From: Paragordius varius
Lineage: Eukaryota > Animalia > Nematomorpha
Length of the DNA stretch: 64,000 bases
Assembly (NCBI GenBank): GCA_964247055.1
Contig: OZ176054.1
Location: 8,122,001 to 8,186,000, forward strand
Direction: 5' to 3'
How positions within the stretch are numbered: the stretch's first letter is position 1; every line of letters begins with the position of its first letter. Below the pieces are notes generated by a model. The model was not told the DNA's origin. It saw nothing but the letters and a program-made list of their open reading frames with translations, and did not search any database. This document shows positions 1-10,671 of this stretch, piece by piece. The translations under genes and the position numbers were made by a program.

Positions 1-55
1 ATTTTAGTCTATAATTATTATAGAATATACCACATCAGTATCAGGGTAAAACAAC

Positions 56-1160
56 CCCTGCGATTGTTATCTTCTGGATGTAGGGATAAAATTTTATTTG
101 TCCATTGTTCTGGAGCACGTTTGATGTGTCCGAAATATCTAAGCCTATTTATTCTGAGCATAACATTTAAAGGTTCGATTTGGTACAGTTGATGTAAATT
201 TGACTTTGACTTATTGGGGTGGAATAAATGCATCCGCTTTTCTATGTTCATTAGTTTTTTCTCAATTGAATCTGTCATCGGCTAAGTCGCGCTTCCATAC
301 AGGAGTATGGGACGTATACCGGCTTTGTAAATCAAACATTTGTTTTTATTTTTGAGCGCAAATTTAAGTTGATGATATTTTACACAAGCCTGTTGGGATC
401 TATATTTAACTGATTGGTTTATTCCACCTAGGCAATGTATGACATCACCTAAGTATTTAAAATTATTTACCAATTCGATTTTGGCGTCTGCCATATAAAA
501 GTATTTTATTGAAGTGGGTGAGTGATTTATTGTTTATTTTTGCATGAATCACATATAAATTTATCATTGTTAATTAATGTCAGCGAGCAATTTTTGTGTG
601 CCCACTTATTTAATCCCCAGTATTAATCACATCCACACTGCGAGCCAACAACGTAGGTGATTAGATAGTTAAATTAATAGAAATGATGTACTACAAAACA
701 ACAAACTGCGTCAGATTAACACTAGGCAACACACCTTTTTTTCCAAACGAATCTGGTCTTCATCAAGGCTCAATTCTAAGCCCTCTATTCTTCATTTTAA
801 TAATGGATTACCTAACAAAAGATATAAAACAAGGCCCACCATGGAAACTTATCTATGCGGACGACATTGTCCTCACCGCAACATCTATGGAAGAATTAAA
901 TCAAAAGTACAACACATGGAAATTACACTTAGAAAAGGGTGGAATGAAGATAAATATAAGCAAAACAAAGGTGCTGATAACGGGTACTGTATATGAACGA
1001 CCTAAGTTTCCATGTGGAGTATGTGATTTGGATGTTAAACTCAATTCAATCCTATGTACATCATGCAATAAGTGTGTACACAAAAAGTGCTCGCTTGGGA
1101 CATTAATCAACAATGATAAATTTATATGTGAATCATGCAAAAATAAAACAACTCTGTTAA
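56..1160. mobile_element. Degenerate RTE-like non-LTR retrotransposon fragment with internal inversion (RT core + Cys/His finger on +, downstream domain on -)
   Basis: ORF 683-1189(+) has HQGSILSPLFF, LIYADDIVL and CGVC..CTSC..VHKKC..FICESC. ORFs 282-494 and 18-278(-) give FKYLGD, IRPILLYGS and RLRYFGHI, which follow the RT in RTE-type ORFs. Confidence 0.85.
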
Positions 1161-1180
1161 AATGTAATTTTTATTATATA

Positions 1181-2200
1181 CTAGCGTAAATCTCGTGCTG
1201 CTACGCAGCCCGAGGAGGTCCTTCGGACTTCTGGGGGGGGGGGCATTTTTAATTTTATAGGCAATTTTGGTATGCGGCACGAAGTTTTAAAATGATTCAC
1301 ATAGTGTCATATACTGAAATTTGGCTCCAAAGACATGCTGTATGGATATGAATGCGCAGTTGTGGGCGGGTGGCCCCCTACCCAGAGGCCAATATAAAAA
1401 TGTAGTTGGATAAGAAAAATTGCCTTTATCCCTGGAATAATCGTTCAGTCCTAATAGTTTATGGAAGAATGGTTTCAAAACTAAATAATAGTTCAATGAT
1501 AGCGCATTTTTAGGGAGTAAAGGGCCTATTTAACGGTTAATTATAAAAATCCGCTTGACTAAAATTTTTGACTTTTTACGGGTAATACTTTAAGCAGCTA
1601 TTGAACTCTATGGCCTGATAGGTTTTCTGAAATTTAGCCCCAAAAGCACGCTATTTCGATATGACGGGTCAGTTTTTCGCGGGTAGCTCCTTACTCAGCT
1701 GCTATCATCAAAGAAACGGTGGACTAAAATTTTTGCCTTTTAACAAGGAATACGTGGAATCCATATTGAATTTTTACGGTCTCATACCTTAGGCAAAAAA
1801 TCGATTAAAAAAATATTTTTGTGGACTTTATTTTTTAAAAAAGGTGGCATTTTACGGGGGGAGCGGGTAAAAAGAAGGCCTAAATCAAAAAAATGAGTCG
1901 ACTATGTTCAGCGCGATCAAAAATAAGTAAACAAAAATCATATTTAAAATTGAATGGTCCAACACGTTCTCCAAAAAATTGTTTCAAAGACACGATTTTT
2001 GTGGACTTGTGTTTTCAAAAAAACCCGTTTTTCACACGGGGTGGGCCCGAACTGGGGGCCTATTTCAAAAAAAGGACGAAGCTATTGTCGGGGCATTCAT
2101 TAATGATTATATTTTTTCGATATTCGGATTTGATTGGGTCTACCGGTTTTCCTGTACCAGATCACAAAGCCAGCATTTTCCATTTTTATAAATATATAGA
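1181..2200 (-). mobile_element. Non-autonomous Helitron
   Basis: On the minus strand: A|TC 5' end at 2200, 3' hairpin ctcgggctgc-gta-gcagcacgag followed by CTAG|T at 1181. It is homologous to 29000-31345 and carries internal ~160-bp repeat units. Confidence 0.8.
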
Positions 2201-2539
2201 TAAGTAATATTAATATCAACAAATTAAGTTAAACTTAAATTTTGGCGCATATTATATTGATTTTCATCAATTATTTTTTATGTTACTAATATAAAGGGCT
2301 AAATTCAGTTGGATTTATTAAATTAAGGTTTATTTTAAAGCTATCCATTCATATTGAGCCAAAATTTGCAAATAAATTGATTTTTTTCGAATATAACCAT
2401 ATATGGAAAAAGTGGAAAAAAAATTTTCTACATTGACAATTTTTTTCATCCTTTATTTTTGAGATATATATATGTCACAACGGTCATGAAGCTAAATGTG
2501 ATATTGTGAGAAAATTTGTTGCACACTGTGTAATAGTGC

Positions 2540-3664
2540 TATTGTTGCGAGGTTAATATATTTGTTTGGATAGCCTTTCACGAGTGGAATTTTTTCCAGA
2601 ACTGAACTATGCAATGCTTGACAGTTTCTCCGAGTCATCCATCTGCTGATACCTTATCTCCAGATAAACAAGTTCTAAAATGTCTCAATCTTGTCTCAAT
2701 CTTAAACTTGTTGATAACGTAATTAGGGAGATGTTTTCATTAAGCTTTTTTGTCATATAAAATTTAAGTTATTTACTAAAAGAATTGGAAGATTAGTACA
2801 TTTTTAAGTAACCAGTTACATTGTGGGCATGGATCGAATTGCTTTTAACCTCTTTTCCGCATCTTCGGCATAAGCATTCAATTTTTTTAATATCATCCAT
2901 CATTAATTTTGTTTTACCTGAATTAACAACCATTCCATAAAATTCCAAACATTATTTCCAGTTTTCGAAGGTACAGAGAGGTTTATTTGATTCTTCTAAG
3001 AGTACATCATCATCTATGTAATTTTCCAAGTTAAACCACATTTAACTTCCATCATTGCGATGATAATGTTGTGAACACAAAGGGCTAAGTAAGCCTTGAT
3101 GAAGGCCGTGAAGTGAGCGCAAATGCCGTTTTAACCATAGATGTTGTTACTTTGAATAAAACCATTATTGCATCTACAAACTTCGACCCCTTTTCGGAGG
3201 GCCCAAAGTACCAGATTTCTTGTAGAATCGTAAGCCTTTTGAAAATCTATGAAAACATAGTATAATGGGGTTGTCGTAAATGCGCAATTTGTAATTAGCG
3301 TAAAATAAACATTTCAGTCGTATGCATTTACTTTAAATGAATCCGAATTGCATAACGTTCACCTGGCTCCAACTTTTGACGATTCATTAACACTCATTCA
3401 TAGACTTTCATAATATGCTCCAAATTTTATTGGCTATAGCTGATGATTGTCCTTATCATCTTTACATTTATAGCTAGGGATAAAAAACTTTCCCTCTAAT
3501 CATATGGTACCATGTTCGATGCTATCCAGGCATCCAGAAAAGGGTATGACAGGCATGGTTTCAACCGCCACTGTCAAAACAGGAGGACCCTTACCGCCTT
3601 CCTACGCTTTTACACACCTCAGGGCAGGGGGAACTTCCTTGTCCGGTGCTTCTAAGGGTATATA
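2540..3664 (-). pseudogene. Degenerate RTE-like LINE, RT half (3' part, split by the Chapaev insertion)
   Basis: Manual minus-strand translation gives a broken KAYD motif, HQG..LSP, GMVVNSGKTKLM, CRRCGKEVKSNSI and YLGDKVS, with many stops and frameshifts. Confidence 0.7.
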
Positions 3665-5007
3665 CAGCACAGTGTGCAACAAATTTACTTAGGATATCAT
3701 ATTAAGCTTAATATGACCGTTGTGACATAGACATCCTAAAAATATAAGGATAAAAAAAATTATCAATGTAGAAAAAAATTTTTTCCGCCTTTTCCATATA
3801 TGGATATATTCGGAAAAAATCGATTTATTTGCATAATACTTGATCAAAAATTATAAAACTTATATAAAATAAATATAATATTAAATAAATATTATTTGCA
3901 AATTTTGGCTCAATATAAATGGATAGATTTAAAATAAACGTCAATTTAGTTAATCCAACCAAATTTAGCCCTTTATATTAGTAACATAAAAAATACTTGA
4001 TGAAAATAAGTATAATATGCGCCAAAGTTTAAGTTTAACTTTATATGTTTAAACAATTACTACTTATATATAATAAAAATTACTTTATAATAAAGTTATA
4101 AATTTTTGAAATTTTTTATTTTGCTAAAATAAATTTAAAATTTTTTAATATAAATTGAAGTTTGATCATGTTTTATCATATGTAATTCAGATGAATCGAG
4201 GTGTAAAGATTAAAGTTGAAATACTGTCAATTTAACCCTGATACTGATAGTATATTTATAATAATTTTAGGTAACTAAATATTGTTTAATTTACAGAAAA
4301 GAAATCTTTCAAGCTTAATAATTATTGCAATCATCTAATCATAATAATATATTTATTACAGATCTTATTTTAATGGTTTAGGTGCATTCCACAAATTAAA
4401 AATGTGAAAAAATTCAAATAATGACGCATTTCTTGGATGATTTTTTAAAAAAGAAAGTTTATGGCTATGGGAAGAATTATACTAATCATTTTAGTAAAAC
4501 TGCGCTACTAAAAGCGTATTTATAGCTTTGAATTGCAAGATATACCTTTTTTTACTATAAATCTCTGCAAGTTTTTACAGTTTTAATATATTGTACGGTT
4601 CTTAAAAAACCTTTCCAATGAGTTGGATTTCATATTTCGCCTAAGTAGGATATAGTACCGATGACCTAAGAAGAGAATGGATAACCCAAAAGAAACCTTG
4701 CCAAACTCAACACTTAAACTTATATTAGCAATATATGGAAGAGTTTTATTTATTTCGAAATAGTGTTTTCGTTTCTAAAACATTCATCGAAAAACATAAT
4801 TTAATATTCAAAAGAGTGAATATTGTATATGTATAGCAAAAATATATTTATTACACATAGAATGTAATTTAAATTATTAATTATAGGCAGAATATAAGAA
4901 TGAAGATAATCATTAAAAATATATAAATGAATATAATTTACCTGAACGACAGGTTTTGCATAAAAATATAAATTATACAAATTTGAATAAATAACAGGTA
5001 TATTGTA

Positions 5008-6505
5008 TCATAATGGTTGATCTAGGCAATAATGCCAAAGATACTCACCAATCATATGACTGGGGTTTTTGTTCCTGTACAAATTTTCTATTTTTTGCAA
5101 GGTTTGATGAACTCTTTCTCCTGTCTGATCAGTGAGTTTACTGAGTGAAAATTTGTCTATGTGCTGGTCCACTATGTGTAGTTTGAGCGACATATTTACA
5201 CCTAATAGTAAATAAAGTTAATATCATAATACATTAATTTAATATAACTTTTTATTTACCCAGTTGATGAAAACTACTAACGAGATCGGATGCCAATTCC
5301 CTGTAGTTCTCACTTTTATAATGATAGAGGAAGTTATCATTAAACAACTTGTATGCCTCCCAAGCATTCCTCTCCTTAACTTCCATCAAATTATAAAATT
5401 CTTGATCTGCCAAGAGTTGGTCGATTTGGGGACCAGTCAAGCACCCATTTGATAATTTAGATTTAGACATTTTGAATTTACCAAGATAATGGGTAAATGC
5501 CAAACCATCCATATCCAAATTAATCAAAAAGGTTCTTGCCAGCCCCAATTTTATGTGAAGAGGAGGGACCACTAATCTATCCATATCGACTAATGGTGTC
5601 CTCTCTATCCCATACTCTCCGATCACATCAACCAATCTGGGAAATGTATCCCCAGGCTGACTGAAATGCGTTTCAATAGCCCGGCTATTGAAATGGCACC
5701 ACGGACAGGAGAAGGTAGGATAACCCGATTTTAGTCCTCTTAAAATTGACAGAACCTATATATTAAGGTTAAATAATACTTTAAAATCACCAATTATTTT
5801 CCATTGGTTATCATACCCTATCAAGCGCAACATTTCTGAATACAATTCATAGCTTTCCCGCTCATTTGGCTGCTTTCCTTTCCATGCAATCAAGGGTTTG
5901 GAAATCGCCATATCATGAAGCAATACAACTTTGAAGCTATTCTATAAATTAAATATGGCAATGAGTTATATATTAATATTTAACATATACAAATAATATT
6001 AAAGTTAATTAAATCGAATTCGCATCCATGAAAAGGCTCCAATCTTCCTGAATATATTTTTTATTCGTCTGTTCCATTAAAAAAGGTATATCACAACAAT
6101 AGTGTATATCATTTTCGAGGGTGTATGCATGGGAAAATAAAGTATTTCTGCTACGGTAAGTACTAGTATATTTTTCTTTTTTAAAGCAGATATTAGTTTC
6201 CCGCTATTTCTTATGTTCATTCTAGTGTCTCGAATTAGGCTATCCACATCATTTTGCGACCAACGAGGATTTGGTTCCTCTTCAGGAAGAAACTCTTAAA
6301 AATATTAATAAACATTTTATTTAATAATTGTATCTAAAAAAACAAAACACCAATAAATATATGTATATATAGGTTTATTCAAATATATAAGGAATAATAC
6401 CCTCTTCGTCACTTGCTATGTTTAGTATATTTTCTTGCGTGGACTTGGGCGCTAGTGTATGTTTTTCCATAATCGGTCTTCGAGCTGACTCTAGACCGGG
6501 ATACA
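5008..6505 (-). pseudogene. Chapaev-like transposase, inverted partial copy (left arm)
   Basis: ORFs 5252-5635 (PPLHIKLGL..GPQI..AWEAYK) and 5008-5193 (MSLKLH..GERVHQ..YLW). It lacks the spacer-encoded N-terminal zinc-binding region, and one intron donor is AT instead of GT. Confidence 0.8.
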
Positions 6506-8309
6506 CAAAAAATGCAATTTACGTGCAATCAACTCTAACATAATCCATTTATATGAAGCATATTTTAAAGACAAACTTGCTGATTACCAACAAATATGGG
6601 CCCCACCCAATATATGCGCAGGATGCCATGTTACGTTATATAAGTGGAATAAAAATGGGAGTCAACGCTTTCCTTTTTCTATTCCGATGATTTGGAGAAT
6701 TCCGAAAAATCATATAAATGGTATCAATCATATTAAATTTCATAAGATTGTTTGTTTTGTATGATGGATAAAAGTACGCTTACCACTAAGCGTTTAAATA
6801 AAAATGTAGTATATCCCGATCTAGAGTCAGCTCGAAGACCGATTATGGAAAAACATACACTAGCGCCCAAGTCCACGCAAGAAAATATACTAAACATAGC
6901 AAGTGACGAAGAGGGTATTATTCCTTATATATTTGAATAAACCTATATATACATATATTTATTGGTGTTTTGTTTTTTTAGATACAATTATTAAATAAAA
7001 TGTTTATTAATATTTTTAAGAGTTTCTTCCTGAAGAGGAACCAAATCCTCGTTGGTCGCAAAATGATGTGGATAGCCTAATTCGAGACACTAGAATGAAC
7101 ATAAGAAATAGAGGGAAACTAATATCTGCTTTAAAAAAGAAAAATATACTAGTACTTACCGTAGCAGAAATACTTTATTTTCCCATGCATACACCCTCGA
7201 AAATGATATACACTATTGTTGTGATATACCTTTTTTAATGGAACAGACGAATAAAAAATATATTCAGGAAGATTGGAGCCTTTTCATGGATGCGAATTCG
7301 GTTTAATTAACTTTAATATTATTTGTATATGTTAAATATTAATATATAACTCATTGCCATATTTAATTTATAGAATAGCTTCAAAGTTGTATTGCTTCAT
7401 GATATGGCAATTTCCAAACCCTTGATTATTGCATGGAAAGGAAAGCAGCCAAATGAGCGGGAAAGCTATGAATTGTATTCAGAAATGTTGCGCCTGATAG
7501 GGTATGATAACCAATGGAAAATAATTGGTGATTTTAAAGTATTATTTAACCTTAATATATAGGTTATGTCAATTTTAAGAGGACTAAAATCGGGTTATCC
7601 TACCTTCTCCTGTCCGTGGTGCCATTTCAATAGCCGGGCTATTGAAACGCATTTCAGTCAGCCTGGGGATACATTTCCCAGATTGGTTGATGTGATCGGA
7701 GAGTATGGGATAGAGAGGACACCATTAGTCGATATGGATAGATTAGTGGTCCCTCCTCTTCACATAAAATTGGGGCTGGCAAGAACCTTTTTGATTAATT
7801 TGGATATGGATGGTTGGCATTTACCCATTATCTTGGTAAATTCAAAATGTCTAAATCTAAATTATCAAATGGGTGCTTGACTGGTCCCCAAATCGACCAA
7901 CTCTTGGCAGATCAAGAATTTTATAATTTGATGGAAGTTAAGGAGAGGAATGCTTGGGAGGCATACAAGTTGTTTAATGATAACTTCCTCTATCATTATA
8001 AAAGTGAGAACCACAGGGAATTGGCATCCGATCTCGTTAGTAGTTTTCATCAACTGGGTAAATAAAAAGTTATATTAAATTAATGTATTATGATATTAAC
8101 TTTATTTACTATTAGGTGTAAATATGTCGCTCAAACTACACATAGTGGACCAGCACATAGACAAATTTTCACTCAGTAAACTCACTGATCAGACAGGAGA
8201 AAGAGTTCATCAAACCTTGCAAAAAATAGAAAATTTGTACAGGAACAAAAACCCCAGTCATATGATTGGTGAGTATCTTTGGCATTATTGCCTAGATCAA
8301 CCATTATGA
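6504..8309 (+). pseudogene. Chapaev-like transposase, spliced and disrupted (spacer + right arm)
   Basis: Exons translate to YEAYF..WAPPNICAGC..PMIWRIPKNHINDCLFC..YPDLESARRP, WSLFMD, GDFKVMSILRG..CPWC, PPLHIKLGL and MSLKLH..GERVHQ, which are motifs I recognise from Chapaev3-type transposases. Introns lie at 6721-6746, ~6914-7020, 7301-7373, 7539-7562 and ~8060-8115. Frameshifts occur near 7140 and 7813, and the first ~20 codons are missing. Confidence 0.8.
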
Positions 8310-9669
8310 TACAATATACCTGTTATTTATTCAAATTTGTATAATTTATATTTTTATGCAAAACCTGTCGTTCAGGTAAATTATATTCATTTATATATTT
8401 TTAATGATTATCTTCATTCTTATTTTCTGCCTATAATTAATAATTTAAATTACATTCTATGTGTAATAAATATATTTTTGCTATACATATACAATATTCA
8501 CTCTTTTCAATATAAAATTATGTTTTTCGATGAATGTTTTAGAAACGAGAACACTATTTCGAAATAAATAAAACTCTTCCATATATTGCTAATATAAGTT
8601 TAAATGTTGAGTTTGGCAAGGTTTCATTGGTTTCTTTTGGGTTATCCATTCTCTTCTTAGGTCATCGGTACTATATCCTACTTAGGCGAAATATGAAATC
8701 CAACTCATTGGAAAGGTTTTTTAAGAACCGTACAATATATTAAAACTGTAAAAACTTGCAGAGATTTATAGTAAAAAAAGGTATATCTTGCAATTCAAAG
8801 CTATAAATAGGCTTTTAGTAGCGCAGTTTTACTAAAATGATTAGTATAATTCTTCCCATAGCCATAAACTTTCTTTTTTAAAAAATCATCCAAGAAATGC
8901 GTCATTATTTGAATTTTTTCACATTTTTAATTTGTGGAATGCACCTAAAAAACCATTAAAATAAGATCTGTAATAAATATATTATTATGATTATATGATT
9001 GCAATAATTATTAAGCTTGAAAGATTTTTTTTGTGTAATTAAACAATATTTAGTTACCTAAAATTATTATAAATATACTATCAGTATCAGGGTTAAATTG
9101 ACAGTATTTCAACTTTATTCTTTACACCTCGATTCACTGAATTACATATGATAAAACATGATCAAACTTCAATTTATATTAAAAAATTTTAATTTTGTTT
9201 TAGCAAAATAAAAAATTTCAAAAATTTATAACTTTATTATAAAGTAATTTTTATTATATATATGTAGTAATTGTTAAAACATATAAAGTTAAACTTAAAT
9301 TTTGGCGCATATTTTATTGATTTTCATCAAGTATTTTTTATGTTACTAATATAAAGGGCTAAATTTGGTTGGATTAACTAAATTGACGTTTATTTTAAAT
9401 CTATCCATTTATATTGAGCCAAAATTTGCAAATAATATTTATCTAATATTATATTTATTTTATATAAGTTTTATAATGATCAAGTATTATGCAAATAAAT
9501 CGATTTTTTCCAAATATATCCATATATGGAAAAGGCGGAAAAAAAAATTTTCTACATTGATAATTTTATTTTATCCTTATATTTTTAGGATGTCTATGTC
9601 ACAACGGTCATATTAAGCTTAATATGATATCCTGAGAAAAAAATACCCCCAATTTTGCACACTGTGCAG

Positions 9670-10560
9670 TAAAACATGCAGTGCTACACAAGAAAAATAA
9701 AATGATATAATAGTACCAAATAATATGCATTACCCCCTATCAAAGAATTTGGGTCACAGAAAATCACAAACTGTCCCCACCGGATTCGCCCTTCTTTCAG
9801 ATAGTCCGGCGCTCCCATCGATGCTGTCGTTTGGCGTAATAAAGTTTTAACTCTTCCTCCTCTAACAGCTCTTTATTAATTTGACCACTTCTATTTTCCA
9901 ACTCCCAAAAAGACAAAATCTCTCTCCGCAAGGCCAAGGCGCCGCAAGAAAACACACACACCCAGGCTATGTTTTCTTGTAGTTCGAGTAGGCTGGGCGG
10001 GCATCAAATTTCTATTCCAGAGCTACTTTAAGTGGGCTCACTTTCATAATGGCTAACTGATGGCCACCACACTCACACTACACACCCGGTATTCCCAGCA
10101 CGAGAGGTCCTAGCATATGATGATTTCACCATCCACATTCCAGCAGAGTTTATATATTCGATCATTAATATCTTCTTGGGATATAACAAACTCGTAAAAG
10201 TTATTATAAATGAAGTAACCTGTACCAGATGACTTATTATTTTAACCACTCCATATTAGTTTGTAATTCAAGTCATTTTATGACAAATATTTTCCAGCGA
10301 CATTCTTGTATATCACATACTAAAACATTTCTATCATCTAACATCGTAGCTGTTTCCAAAGTTTTTCCGGTAACGAATTAATATTCCATGTAGAAAACTT
10401 TATTTTAGGGCCTGTAGCCGAATTAGATATAATTTTGGTCCGCAATTTATTTGGAGCTAATGACAAAATTATTTTAACAATTAGTTTAAGTTTCCCTTTT
10501 GAATATATTTTTACCGTACATTCAGGAACTTTAGAAAATGACCCAATCGATAACGTTGAT
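9670..10560 (-). pseudogene. Degenerate RTE-like LINE, APE endonuclease half (5' part)
   Basis: Minus strand ~10420-10130 reads KIKFSTWNINSL..DIQECRWK..YKLIWSG..GTGYFI..DRIYKL, the N-terminus of an apurinic endonuclease. It is collinear with the RT half across the Chapaev insertion. Confidence 0.7.
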
Positions 10561-10671
10561 ATTGTAAAACCTTAATATAACCTATATGGTTTTATTGATT
10601 ATCAAATGTTAATATGCTCTAATTTCTCAATTAATATGTATAATCATTTTAAATATGTGAACGCAGTTTAA

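Larger units (their letters stand above)
1..2530 (+). mobile_element. Older, fragmented right end of a Chapaev-like element (pieces ~1-55, ~1161-1180, 2201-2530), interrupted by a LINE fragment and a Helitron
   Basis: 1-50 matches ~9045-9095, 1161-1180 matches ~9241-9260, and 2220-2530 matches ~9285-9666 of the palindromic element. It ends in the same terminus, aaatttgttgcacactgtg, at 2530. Confidence 0.7.
3668..9666. mobile_element. Chapaev-like (CMC superfamily) DNA transposon forming a ~6-kb palindrome
   Basis: Termini cacagtgtgcaa / ttgcacactgtg. A 3-bp CAG duplication lies at 3665-3667 and 9667-9669. Arms ~3692-6505 and ~6810-9632 are near-identical inverted copies around a ~300-bp unique spacer. 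Confidence 0.9.

Noticed and set aside
1893-2207. Homologous ORFs 1893-2207 and 31096-31344 as a duplicated gene
   Set aside because: Both lie in the Helitron subterminal region, differ in frame and length, and show no recognisable domain.
7130-7145. A-AAA-AAG as a programmed -1 frameshift site in the transposase
   Set aside because: No downstream stimulatory structure is evident. A 1-bp deletion in an A-run of a decayed element is simpler.
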